Shown here: positions 18,853-28,222 of the stretch, in pieces
Layout of the letters: each line of letters starts with the position of its first letter
Position numbering within the stretch: the first letter of the stretch is position 1
Position numbers and translations under genes: made by a program
Assembly (NCBI GenBank): GCA_036382575.1
Contig: DASVHL010000033.1
Location: 8,389 to 72,388 of the forward strand
Length of the DNA: 64,000 bases
DNA from: Candidatus Saccharimonadales bacterium
GTDB taxonomy: Bacteria; Patescibacteriota; Saccharimonadia; Saccharimonadales; Saccharimonadaceae
Direction of reading: 5' to 3'
The notes under the pieces: model-generated
What the model was told of the DNA's origin: nothing
What the model saw: the letters and a program-made list of their open reading frames with translations, nothing else
Database searches by the model: none

Positions 18853-18930
18853 CTTTTTAGAATTCCCCTCACTAACCTGCAGTTTCTGTCAAATACTATA
18901 TGGTATTATACGCTGTTTCGGCCTCAGATA

Positions 18931-18956
18931 AAAGTAGCAAGACAAAGTAGCAAGAC
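18931..18956. repeat. perfect tandem direct repeat, 2 x 13 bp (AAAGTAGCAAGAC)
   Basis: 18931-18943 equals 18944-18956. Lies just upstream of a TATAAT box in the secA upstream region. Confidence 0.9.
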
Positions 18957-18957
18957 A

Positions 18958-18983
18958 TAATAAAAGCCCCTTTTTCAAGAGGC
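18958..18983 (-). terminator. possible terminator after hpf
   Basis: On the minus-strand RNA, GCCUC / GGGGC 5-bp stem (one G-U pair) followed by UUUUAUU. Confidence 0.4.
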
Positions 18984-19002
18984 CTCTACTGCGAGCTTGA
19001 TT

Positions 19003-19377
19003 CTACTGCGCTTCGCGGGCGTAGCCTCGCTTAAAACGATCCAAAACGCCTCGACGCCCAACGTGTGGAATAGTTGCTTCTTTATACTTGTGAAGCTGTG
19101 CTACAATCTTGGCTTCAACAATATCGACAGCCGCTAGCATGTTAACGGTCGAATCACGAGCGGTCATACGTTTATCGGGTACATTCAAGACAATCTCTGC
19201 CTCGTATTTATTACCGTGATCAGCGTCGATCTGACGAAGTCGAACATCAACCGTCACACTCTTGCGAGCATGGCGAGGTAAATAACGATCCAGTCGCCCT
19301 ATCTTACGCATCACATATTTTCTTGTGGTGTCATCGATGTCGTATTTTATTCCAGTGATATCGATTGTTGCAATCAT
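19003..19377 (-). CDS. hpf: ribosome hibernation promoting factor (short HPF/RaiA type)
   Basis: ITGIKYDIDDTTRKYVMRKIGRLDRYL and YEAEIVLNVP match the sigma54-modulation/S30AE fold pattern. AGGAGG SD. Confidence 0.85.
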   Translation of the reverse strand: MIATIDITGIKYDIDDTTRKYVMRKIGRLDRYLPRHARKSVTVDVRLRQIDADHGNKYEAEIVLNVPDKRMTARDSTVNMLAAVDIVEAKIVAQLHKYKEATIPHVGRRGVLDRFKRGYAREAQ

Positions 19378-19433
19378 GCTACCCTCCTGTGTTTGTATAC
19401 GATTTGTATATCTATTATACCACTGCGGGTGAG

Positions 19434-20732
19434 CTAAAGTGTGGTTTTGCCACCAAGATACGGCTGCAATACGGCCGGTACGGCAATCGTACCATCCTCT
19501 TGCTGATTATTCTCGATAATTGCAATCATGATGCGACCTAGCGCAAATGCTGTAGCGTCGTTCGTATGAACAAGCTCAAGCGCTCCAGAATCACGACGGA
19601 CGCGAGTCTTAAGGCGGCGAGATTGGTAATCAGTCATGTAGTCAGCGGTATGCGTCTCGCGGTATTTATCTTGGCCTGGAAGCCATGTTTCCATATCGAT
19701 ACCACGTGCATTTGGCTTACCAATATCAACAGTACATTTTTGAATAACCTGATATGACAAACCTAGGGTCGATAGTAGATATTCCTGAATTGCGACAAAG
19801 AACAGATGCTCCTTGGCCCCGTCATCACCAGTTGTAAAGCTTTCCATTTCTAACTTATCGAACTGATGCATACGCAGAATGCCTTCCATATCTTTGCCAT
19901 AGGTCCCCGCTTCGCGGCGGAAACTGGTCGCATAGCCTAGGTAGCGAAGTGGCAATTGCTTTTCGTCAAAAATCTCGTCAGCGTGCATGCTACCCAGTAC
20001 GTGCTCCGCGCTTCCCTGTAGCCATAAATCATCACCCTCTAATTTATAACGATCGTCCCGTGGCTCTAAACGATCCATCGCATCATATAGTTCTGTGCGG
20101 ATCATAAGCGGTGGCAAAATTGGTGTGAACGGCTTAATAGCAACATCAAGGTTGGCATCTTTAGCAATCTTTGCTAGCGTATCTTCATCACTCAGTGAAT
20201 TGATAACAAATTGCACGACTGCCAGCTGCAGTTTGACTAAATCACCCTTAATATATGCAAATCGACTACCCGCTACCTTGGCGGCACGTTCTTTATCAAT
20301 CCATTCTCGTTGTTCAGCAATCTCATAATGATTGCGTGGCGCAAATGTAAACTGAGGCTTTTCACCGACAGTTTTTGCTACCACATTCTCGTCTTCTGTT
20401 GCGCCGACAGGTACATCACTGGCTGCCATATTCGGTACTAATTTTAGTAAACGAACAAAGGTTTCATCAGCTTCTTTGAGGTTAGTTTCAACTTCACTTA
20501 ACTGCTCTTTAATTGCCTTGCCTTCAGCAACCAAATCGTCAGCTGGCTTACCGCCTTTCATTTGTGAAGAAATGACATTACGCTTTTCACGAAGCTCATC
20601 GGCTAGCTGCTGAAGTTGTCGCTTCGTTTTATCCCAACCGAGCAATTCATCAATCGAAACATCATAGCCTTTGCGCTTGGCGTTTTCTTGAACCTTTGAT
20701 GCATTTTCTCGAATATAGCGAATGTCTAACAT
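19434..20732 (-). CDS. serS: seryl-tRNA synthetase
   Basis: MLDIRYIRENASKVQENAKRKG coiled-coil arm and class II motifs (FRREAG, GSA..). Confidence 0.95.
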   Translation of the reverse strand: MLDIRYIRENASKVQENAKRKGYDVSIDELLGWDKTKRQLQQLADELREKRNVISSQMKGGKPADDLVAEGKAIKEQLSEVETNLKEADETFVRLLKLVPNMAASDVPVGATEDENVVAKTVGEKPQFTFAPRNHYEIAEQREWIDKERAAKVAGSRFAYIKGDLVKLQLAVVQFVINSLSDEDTLAKIAKDANLDVAIKPFTPILPPLMIRTELYDAMDRLEPRDDRYKLEGDDLWLQGSAEHVLGSMHADEIFDEKQLPLRYLGYATSFRREAGTYGKDMEGILRMHQFDKLEMESFTTGDDGAKEHLFFVAIQEYLLSTLGLSYQVIQKCTVDIGKPNARGIDMETWLPGQDKYRETHTADYMTDYQSRRLKTRVRRDSGALELVHTNDATAFALGRIMIAIIENNQQEDGTIAVPAVLQPYLGGKTTL

Positions 20733-20783
20733 GCATTCATTGTACCACCCCAGTCAGATCCAAGGTAGTACCTTCGTCAAAAT

Positions 20784-22061
20784 CTATTCGGTGCGCAACG
20801 CTTCAATCGGATCCAGCTTGGCTGCCTTGCGTGCCGGCATAATCCCAGCTCCGACCGAGACTAACATTAGTCCAATGACAACACCGGCAACAGTTAATGG
20901 GTCAAAGATCAGAAGATGTGTTTTACCCAAATTCAGTACATCGGTAATTAGTGGATTCGCAATTACACCAGCGCCAATCGCCATGCCGCTACCAATAATA
21001 CCGCCTAAGAATCCTACCCAAGCCGCCTCGTAACGGAATAGTCGTCCAACATCGCGACGACGCATGCCGAGTGCTTTCATAAGGCCGATCTGCTGCGTAC
21101 GCTCAAGAACACTAATGTACTGCGTGTTAATAATACCGAAGATTGATGTTAAGACAGCGAGTGCCCCAAATCCGAGTAAAATACCTTGCAGCACGTTGAT
21201 GAACTGGAAAATAAAGCTCATTAAATCTTCGGCCGTCTGCGCATCATAGCTTCCCTGACTGTTAATCTTTTCTTTCAAAGACTTAACATCAACCCCTTCT
21301 TTAGCGGTCACTAGCACACCGTAATAAGCGCCGAATAAAGGAGTCCCCTGCTGGGTGTAGTTATAGAGTTCAAGGGCAGCATCTTTATCAATTAAGATAC
21401 CGCTACTTGCACTCACAGCTAGTGCCGATGGCTTTACAACACCTGCGACCGTAAAGGTGAATGTCTTTGCCTCGGGCATTGCCATGCCGCCCTTATTGGC
21501 GACAATTTGAATCGTCTGACCAACAGCACTTTCACTATTCGAGAATCCAAGCGCTTGTCTGAAAGAATCTGGAATAATAACCTGGTCTTTCTGTAAATTA
21601 TTACCGCTTCCAGCTACATACTCTTGTTTCACGCTTGCATTAAACGACTCAACATTGGCTGTATACTTTTTTTGTCCAGGCCGCGTAACGTATTTGATTG
21701 TCACCGTATACTGTGGGGTTGCAGATTCAACACCATCAACCTTTGCAATCTTGTCGATATCAGACTGCTTCATTAATTTCGTCGAAAAACCACCGCCAAA
21801 ATTGATCGTTGGATCTTCACTATATTCCTTCGGTTTGGTTGGATCATTCTGAGCATCTTGTTTTGGCTGAACGTAGATCTCGCGAACATTCGTGTTGCTG
21901 CTAACAATGTCCTCAGCATAGGCTCGGCCACCAGCACCAGCTGCAAATGCCAGCGTTATGGTAAAGGCTCCAACGCCAATAGCCAGGCTCGTTAGAAGCG
22001 TTCGCGCTTTCGCTTGTCGCAGACTACGGCCTGCACGTCGAATTGTGTCTCGGATTTTCAT
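20784..22061 (-). CDS. MacB/FtsX-family ABC transporter permease
   Basis: N-terminal TM, extracytoplasmic domain of about 230 aa, and three C-terminal TMs. Shares one nucleotide (22061) with the ATPase gene. Confidence 0.8.
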   Translation of the reverse strand: MKIRDTIRRAGRSLRQAKARTLLTSLAIGVGAFTITLAFAAGAGGRAYAEDIVSSNTNVREIYVQPKQDAQNDPTKPKEYSEDPTINFGGGFSTKLMKQSDIDKIAKVDGVESATPQYTVTIKYVTRPGQKKYTANVESFNASVKQEYVAGSGNNLQKDQVIIPDSFRQALGFSNSESAVGQTIQIVANKGGMAMPEAKTFTFTVAGVVKPSALAVSASSGILIDKDAALELYNYTQQGTPLFGAYYGVLVTAKEGVDVKSLKEKINSQGSYDAQTAEDLMSFIFQFINVLQGILLGFGALAVLTSIFGIINTQYISVLERTQQIGLMKALGMRRRDVGRLFRYEAAWVGFLGGIIGSGMAIGAGVIANPLITDVLNLGKTHLLIFDPLTVAGVVIGLMLVSVGAGIMPARKAAKLDPIEALRTE

Positions 22062-22783
22062 TACTGGATTTTCCTCACTACTGGTCGTATTGTGTCTGCT
22101 TTTTTATGTGGTTCTGTAATTGATTCAATTTTACCGTCCTTAATATGGATGCGGATGTCGCATTTATCAGCCAGATCAGGATCATGCGTAACGATAACAA
22201 GTGTGCAGCCAGTTGATTTATTGTAGCCGAACAATAGGTCCTCGACCACTTCTCCTGTTGCACTGTCGAGGTTACCGGTTGGCTCATCGGCAAATAGAAC
22301 ACGAGGATTATTCACAATGGCACGCGCCACAGCAAGACGCTGTTTTTGACCACCGGATAGATCACGGGCGCGTGACTTTTTCTTATCTAGTAGCTCAACT
22401 GAGGCAAGTGTTTTTTCAATCATTTCACGTCGCTTACCAAATGGCACGTCGGCAATTTCAAGTGGAAGACTGACATTATCAAAACAACTTTCATTTGCTT
22501 GGACGAAAAAGCTTTGAAAGATAAAGCTCATCTTAGTCGAACGAAACAGATCAACTTCCTTTTGCTTCATTTTCAGAATATCCTTGCCCTCAATAAGCAC
22601 TTCGCCAACCTTAGGCCGGTCAAGTCCGCTCATGGCATGCATTAGTGTACTTTTACCGCTCCCTGACTTGCCCAAAATTGCTACGCTAGCGCCATCAGGA
22701 ATTGTAAATGACACATTATCAAGCGCCGTAAATATATTATGTTTCTTGCCGTATGTTTTTGTTACGCCTCGTACTTCAATCAC
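22061..22783 (-). CDS. ABC transporter ATP-binding protein (MacB/LolD-like)
   Basis: Walker A GKSGSGKST, LSGGQKQR, Walker B LFADEPTGNLD. GTG start with GGGGGAG SD. Confidence 0.9.
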   Translation of the reverse strand: MIEVRGVTKTYGKKHNIFTALDNVSFTIPDGASVAILGKSGSGKSTLMHAMSGLDRPKVGEVLIEGKDILKMKQKEVDLFRSTKMSFIFQSFFVQANESCFDNVSLPLEIADVPFGKRREMIEKTLASVELLDKKKSRARDLSGGQKQRLAVARAIVNNPRVLFADEPTGNLDSATGEVVEDLLFGYNKSTGCTLVIVTHDPDLADKCDIRIHIKDGKIESITEPHKKADTIRPVVRKIQ

Positions 22784-22831
22784 CTATGCGTCACTCCCCC
22801 GAAATTTACTTACTCTCTTTACTATAACAGC

Positions 22832-25144
22832 TTACCGACCGCGGCGGCGATCGTATTTACGCTTATGTTGAGGTTGCCACGGACGACGATGCGAGCGAGA
22901 CACAGCATCTCGCTGCGCGCCCAACTTTGCCATGAAGGCCTCGCCAAGGTATGTCTGCATCTTCCCAAGCTTACTTAGCTCATTCTGCTGACCTGGATTT
23001 AACTCTTCAACCGACAGTGCATTACCAACAATTGCCCGTACACGCTGCTGCAACTGACGCAGCGGCACCATTGGGATGCGCTTGTGATGTCCGCGTTGTA
23101 AATTGCGTCGCTCATTTTCCAGCTGCTCGTACAGCCAGGTTCCGTACAGCTCACTAAATAAACGTTTATCATGGCCGCCTTTGCGCGTTACCGCCACCCC
23201 ACCACCTTCGATAGTACGGCCATTAAAGCGCACCAGCTGTCTCGTTGCTAGCGCACCACGCCGACTGTCAAAATAGGTTTTACCTTGGCGAACACTAAAA
23301 AGATGTGGCGCAAGCGCCTCAAGCCAGCGTGGATTCACTTCGGTAATGCCCTGCACCAAATGCAGTGTCTCTAAATCACCTTTTTGAGTCTGGATTTGCA
23401 GATCAAATGGCGTACCGACAAATAGCTTAGGATGAACAACAACACTGCTGCTTGATAGCTCTCTTTTTTGCTTGGTCATAAGATGAACAGCAACATCATC
23501 ACCTTCGATCATCCATAGTTGATCAATCTGGCCTGCGACAATACATTGCAGTAGCTGATCAATTTCGGCACTATCTACTGGTAACAGCTCACTACCATCA
23601 AGTCCTAGATCACGATGAAGACGATCAATCACGTCATTCGCCTTGTCGATATTCTTCCCGATAATACCCAAGTCTTCAAATTCTTCTGGATCGATATTTG
23701 GAATCGATAAATAGACGTCATACTGCGCAATCAAATCCGAGCGCTTCTGTTTGGTGTATTTACGCCAGCCTGTATAGCGCGTGCCGCCCTTTACAATACC
23801 GCCAACCTCTTGAATTCCGATAATAGCTGCCAGTTTTGTCTGCAGAGACGCATCATACTGCGTTGCCTCTACAAGCATTCGGGCATAGCTCGACTCGACT
23901 GGAAAACGCTCCATTTGTCGTCCAATGCTTGTCACTTCACCATTGGGCGTCAGCGCACCAAGTGAAATCAGGGTTTGCTTGGCCGCCTTAATGGCGCGTT
24001 TGCTCGGGTCGTGATAAAAATCGAGTAGCTCGATATCAATACCCACATTGGCAAGCCGCAGCGTCAGACGATCAATGTGTTTACGCAAAATTTCAGGAAT
24101 CGCATACTCGGGCCGATCCTCAAATGGCAAACACGGCATGTCGTCTAATGGTGCCAAAATATACGTTCCCGGCTTGGTACGACCCGCACGACCAGCTCGC
24201 TGTAAACAATCCGCCTGTGATGTCTGAGCGATAAATAACCCTTCCACACCATCGCGTACCTCACTGCGGCGCTCAAGGCCAGAGTCAATCACCATATCAA
24301 CATCGTCAATTGTCACGCTAGTCTGAGCGATATTTGTTGCCAAAATCACCTTGCCATTTGGATACGACGCAAATGCCTGCTGCTGCGCAGTCGCCTCTAG
24401 CTGACTATGAAGTGGAATGACCGGAACACCTAGCTTAGTCGCTTTGAGCTTTAAGATTTGTCCAACATTTTCAATCTCGGCCTTACCCGGCAAAAACACC
24501 AACATATTCTCTGCCTGGTCAATAGACTGCATAATTTCAGTCACAATATCTTTACCGCGGCGCTTTTCAACCGGAAAGCTACGACCAGGAACGGCAACCG
24601 TTGCCGCACCGTTAAAATACGCGGCCAGTGCATCAACTTCGATCGTGGCACTCATAATCAGAACTTTAAAGCGTGGCTCTTCTAGACAGCGCTTTTTGGC
24701 CCATGCCACCAAGACTTCCATGTTCTCATTCCACTCGTGCACTTCATCAAGCACGAGCACTTGCTGCGGATTTGTGCCACTGCCGGTAATTTCGCGGACT
24801 AACTGTAGCCCGTCAGTACAGTAGAGGATTGTCGTATCCGGGCCATCATCACGTTCATGTGCGGTTCGGTAACCAATAACTTCGTCGCTGTCTTTCCCGG
24901 TTCGAATCGCCCATTCCTCGCGAACTCGTCGCGCCAAGTTGCGCGCTGCCAGAATACGCGGCTGCGTTACAATCACTTTCTGATAGCCATGTTCTGCGAG
25001 ATATTGCGGGATTTGCGTACTTTTGCCCGCTCCTGTTTCGGCTGTCACAATTGTTACTTGATTTTGATCAACAGCTGACACGATCGTGTCTCGATAGGCC
25101 AGTACAGGCAACTCTGCTAAAACCCCCTCTGTCGATATCGTCAT
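22832..25144 (-). CDS. DEAH-box ATP-dependent helicase, HrpA/HrpB-like
   Basis: TAETGAGKSTQIPQYL (motif I), DEVHE (motif II), SAT, QRAGRAGR. Start taken at ATG 25144. Confidence 0.85.
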   Translation of the reverse strand: MTISTEGVLAELPVLAYRDTIVSAVDQNQVTIVTAETGAGKSTQIPQYLAEHGYQKVIVTQPRILAARNLARRVREEWAIRTGKDSDEVIGYRTAHERDDGPDTTILYCTDGLQLVREITGSGTNPQQVLVLDEVHEWNENMEVLVAWAKKRCLEEPRFKVLIMSATIEVDALAAYFNGAATVAVPGRSFPVEKRRGKDIVTEIMQSIDQAENMLVFLPGKAEIENVGQILKLKATKLGVPVIPLHSQLEATAQQQAFASYPNGKVILATNIAQTSVTIDDVDMVIDSGLERRSEVRDGVEGLFIAQTSQADCLQRAGRAGRTKPGTYILAPLDDMPCLPFEDRPEYAIPEILRKHIDRLTLRLANVGIDIELLDFYHDPSKRAIKAAKQTLISLGALTPNGEVTSIGRQMERFPVESSYARMLVEATQYDASLQTKLAAIIGIQEVGGIVKGGTRYTGWRKYTKQKRSDLIAQYDVYLSIPNIDPEEFEDLGIIGKNIDKANDVIDRLHRDLGLDGSELLPVDSAEIDQLLQCIVAGQIDQLWMIEGDDVAVHLMTKQKRELSSSSVVVHPKLFVGTPFDLQIQTQKGDLETLHLVQGITEVNPRWLEALAPHLFSVRQGKTYFDSRRGALATRQLVRFNGRTIEGGGVAVTRKGGHDKRLFSELYGTWLYEQLENERRNLQRGHHKRIPMVPLRQLQQRVRAIVGNALSVEELNPGQQNELSKLGKMQTYLGEAFMAKLGAQRDAVSRSHRRPWQPQHKRKYDRRRGR

Positions 25145-25150
25145 ACCACC

Positions 25151-25156
25151 ATTGTA
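25151..25156 (-). promoter_or_regulatory. -10 box (TACAAT) 6 nt upstream of the helicase ATG
   Basis: Minus strand reads cggTACAATggtggtATG. Confidence 0.35.
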
Positions 25157-25200
25157 CCGTATATGGTTAAAATAATAAGCCACTTAAGCCTACTAGCATG

Positions 25201-26079
25201 TTACATCAAACTATTCGGCTCTTTTACCGCGACAATATGATAATCGCTATTCCGTGCCATATAACCACCCCCGTGCGAGATAATAATAAATATACCATCA
25301 AATTTTGCCTGTCGAGCAATACGTCTCATAGCAATACTTTGGCTAAAAGCGATGACATCAGTCTTTTCATAGCGCGTGGTACGATCATCGATGAGTAGTG
25401 TCATACTTGATTCATTTTTATAATGTTTCTTTTGCTTTAGCTTAACCGCTCGTTCGACTAAATAACCGTATGGCGGAACCCTACTGTCTATACCTGAATC
25501 GTACTGAAAGATATTTGGCGCACTGCTTCCCTCCATGCGATAAACCAAAACTTTATCCTCATTCGTAACTTCACCAATCAAACGTTTAAGTGTCTGGCCC
25601 GAAGGTGGCTGGGACATAACAGGAATCTGGTCATCCGCAAGCCTGCGTCGCAATTTCGCCATAGCTTGTTTTGAAACATGCGCATGGAAAACAATAAAAT
25701 GACCGCGCTCTGCACCTACTTGCTCGAGCGACTCTTGGATTTGCGATTTTATACCCTGAATCTTGCGCGCAAGAATACCTCCTACGCTACCGGATGAATA
25801 GTTACCCATTGAAACAATCTCTATTTCTAAAGATAAACCACTATATTCCTGAAACGTAAAATCATGCGGCGCATCGCGCGCACACCAATACGGTGGAAAG
25901 ATTTTGTCGTAAATTTGATTAATATGACGTATAAACTGCCAAGCTAATAAATTCTCACGCTCAATTTTAGTCTTTGTTAAGAGATGAGACTTTTCGATTC
26001 GTTTACCGTTCCTGTCAAAGTAAATAATCGATTCATGATTTTCAACAAATCCAGCATTAATGCCTGGATACTGAACCAT
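25201..26079 (-). CDS. hypothetical soluble protein (292 aa), no recognisable family
   Basis: ATG 1 nt after the lysS stop. Locally AT-richer than its neighbours. No TM segment and no motif I can name. Confidence 0.6.
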   Translation of the reverse strand: MVQYPGINAGFVENHESIIYFDRNGKRIEKSHLLTKTKIERENLLAWQFIRHINQIYDKIFPPYWCARDAPHDFTFQEYSGLSLEIEIVSMGNYSSGSVGGILARKIQGIKSQIQESLEQVGAERGHFIVFHAHVSKQAMAKLRRRLADDQIPVMSQPPSGQTLKRLIGEVTNEDKVLVYRMEGSSAPNIFQYDSGIDSRVPPYGYLVERAVKLKQKKHYKNESSMTLLIDDRTTRYEKTDVIAFSQSIAMRRIARQAKFDGIFIIISHGGGYMARNSDYHIVAVKEPNSLM

Positions 26080-26080
26080 A

Positions 26081-27595
26081 TTAGCCTAGGTGGACATCGG
26101 GATAAATTTCTCGTGTCGTGTTGTCGTATTCTGTACGCAACTGTGGGAACGGTACGCCTTCTCGTGCCGTTACACCTTCAAGTGACCAGAAAATGCGTTC
26201 CGAGAAGCCAAGTCCACATGCAGGTGGCATTCCATATTCTAGGGCCTCGACATAATCAATATCCATCATCTGAGCCTCGTCATCGCCAGCGTCACGCATT
26301 TTTTGCTGTTCAATAAATCGATCATACTGGTCGACTGGATCATTCAGTTCAGAAAACGCTTTACACATTTCACTACCGCCAAATACCAGGTTAAACTGCT
26401 CGGTTAGCTGCGGATTATCAGGCTGAACCTTTGCAAGTGGTTGCATAAATGTTGGCATATCAATAAGAAAAGCCGGGCCAGTCAGTGTCTTACGATATTT
26501 CTTCCATAACTTATCAAGACTACGTTGGCGGTTATCCTGTTTCTCCACCTCAAGTCCATGCTCTTTAAGTTTTGCCGCAATATCTTCAATAGGCGAGTCA
26601 AAAACGTCAATTTGATACTGTTCACGCAGCACATCCACAAAACTAATCTTAGGGAAATGCTCACCATCCACACCAAAATCAACAGCTGAACCATCAGCCA
26701 AAGTAAACTGTCGCGTTCGCCATGTGTTATCGACAATGGAGCGAATCATGCGCTCTGTCATCTCCATGCCTTTTTCCCAGTCGGCATACGCCCAGTACCA
26801 CTCCATCGCGACGTGCTCCGGGAGATGTTCATCACTGTAATTTTCATTACGGAAACGTGCGCCAATATCAAAAACTTTTTCATATCCAGCAACAAGTAAA
26901 CGCTTCAACGGAAGTTCGTGACTAATGCGTAGGAAGAAATCTTGACCAAGGGCATCCATATGTGTCACGAACGGGTTAGCATCGGCACCACCCGCCGTCG
27001 CCTCTAGAACAGGGATATTAATTTCTAAAAATCCCTCATCAATCAAAAACTGTCGCGTCGCCTGCCAGAATTTTGAACGACGGACAAAACGATCACGTAC
27101 ATCCTGATTAACGTTCATATCAACATAACGACGACGGAGACGCTCTTCTTTATTAGTTAGCTCAGTCGGCATTGGGCGAAGTGATTTAGTTAGTAGACGT
27201 AGCGTCTGTGTACCAACAGAGATTTCACCAGTTTGCGTCTTAATAACTGTTCCGGTGGCTTCAATAAAATCACCGGTATCGAGCAGGGGCAATTCTTTCA
27301 TTCCTAAACGACCGTTGATCGCATCAAATTCAGCGACGTCACCAGCGCGAAGGAATAATTGCACTTGGCCGCTAAAGTCTTTAACAACGATAAACGCCAA
27401 CTTGCCAAATTTTCGAATACTCGTAATGCGGCCTGCAACGGTCACCTCTTGCCCTTCAAGTGTCGCAAAGTCAGATACAATCTGGCCCGCATCATGCGTG
27501 CGGTGGCTATCCGCAGGAAAAGCTTCAACGCCAAGCGCCTTTAGTTCATCTAGTTTTCGTAGTCGCTCATCGCGGTAGTCTTGGAGTGTTGCCAT
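26081..27595 (-). CDS. lysS: lysyl-tRNA synthetase, class II
   Basis: OB-fold N-domain (VTVAGRITSIRKFGKLAFIVVKD) and class II motifs (FRNE, GGSEM..., GLGFSER). Start placed at MATLQDYRDERL (27595). Confidence 0.92.
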   Translation of the reverse strand: MATLQDYRDERLRKLDELKALGVEAFPADSHRTHDAGQIVSDFATLEGQEVTVAGRITSIRKFGKLAFIVVKDFSGQVQLFLRAGDVAEFDAINGRLGMKELPLLDTGDFIEATGTVIKTQTGEISVGTQTLRLLTKSLRPMPTELTNKEERLRRRYVDMNVNQDVRDRFVRRSKFWQATRQFLIDEGFLEINIPVLEATAGGADANPFVTHMDALGQDFFLRISHELPLKRLLVAGYEKVFDIGARFRNENYSDEHLPEHVAMEWYWAYADWEKGMEMTERMIRSIVDNTWRTRQFTLADGSAVDFGVDGEHFPKISFVDVLREQYQIDVFDSPIEDIAAKLKEHGLEVEKQDNRQRSLDKLWKKYRKTLTGPAFLIDMPTFMQPLAKVQPDNPQLTEQFNLVFGGSEMCKAFSELNDPVDQYDRFIEQQKMRDAGDDEAQMMDIDYVEALEYGMPPACGLGFSERIFWSLEGVTAREGVPFPQLRTEYDNTTREIYPDVHLG

Positions 27596-27604
27596 ATCTG
27601 TTAC

Positions 27605-27610
27605 AGTATA
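27605..27610 (-). promoter_or_regulatory. -10 box (TATACT) 9 nt upstream of the lysS ATG
   Basis: Minus strand reads ggTATACTgtaacagatATG, immediately after the greA terminator. Confidence 0.4.
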
Positions 27611-27623
27611 CCGTATTTGAGTC

Positions 27624-27659
27624 ATAATAAAAACCTCGCCGAATCATACGGCGAGGTTT
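27624..27659 (-). terminator. rho-independent terminator after greA
   Basis: Stem AAACCTCGCC / GGCGAGGTTT with 9-nt loop. UUUUAUU on the minus strand. Confidence 0.7.
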
Positions 27660-27677
27660 ATTTGATCAAACTAGTGA

Positions 27678-28133
27678 CTAGTGAATGGCTACGATTTCGT
27701 AGGTAACTTCACCCTTTTGGGTGTTAATTGTCGCGCTGTCGCCAACTTTTTTGCCCATCAATGCTTCACCAAGTGGTGATTCATTACTGATTTTACCTTC
27801 AAGTGGGTCAGCCTCGACTGGACCAACAACAGAATAGGCTGTTGTTTTCTTGCCGTTCTTTAGCTCGACTTTGCTACCAAGGATAACCTTTGAGCTTTTC
27901 ACTGCCTTAATCAGCTCAGCGTTAAGCAGGATGTCTTCGATTTCCGCGACACGGCTCTCAACAAGACCTTGTTCTTCACGAGCGCTGTCGTATTCAGCGT
28001 TCTCACTGAGGTCACCGAAATCACGAGCTTCTGCGATCTTGTCTGCAATTGCGCCACGGCGCCCAACAAGCTCTGCAAGTTCCGCTTCGAGTTCTTTTTT
28101 ACCTTCATCAGTAATTTGATACATTTTTTTCAT
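27678..28133 (-). CDS. greA: transcription elongation factor GreA
   Basis: ITDEGKKELEAELAEL coiled-coil, the acidic tip DLSENAEYD, and the C-terminal globular domain. Confidence 0.92.
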   Translation of the reverse strand: MKKMYQITDEGKKELEAELAELVGRRGAIADKIAEARDFGDLSENAEYDSAREEQGLVESRVAEIEDILLNAELIKAVKSSKVILGSKVELKNGKKTTAYSVVGPVEADPLEGKISNESPLGEALMGKKVGDSATINTQKGEVTYEIVAIH

Positions 28134-28222
28134 ATGATTATTCCTTTAATTCACTATTATATAGCGTTTTAATAAATTTTACTACGCTATATGTAGCGTA
28201 AACCCTTTTAAGTCTTGGACAG

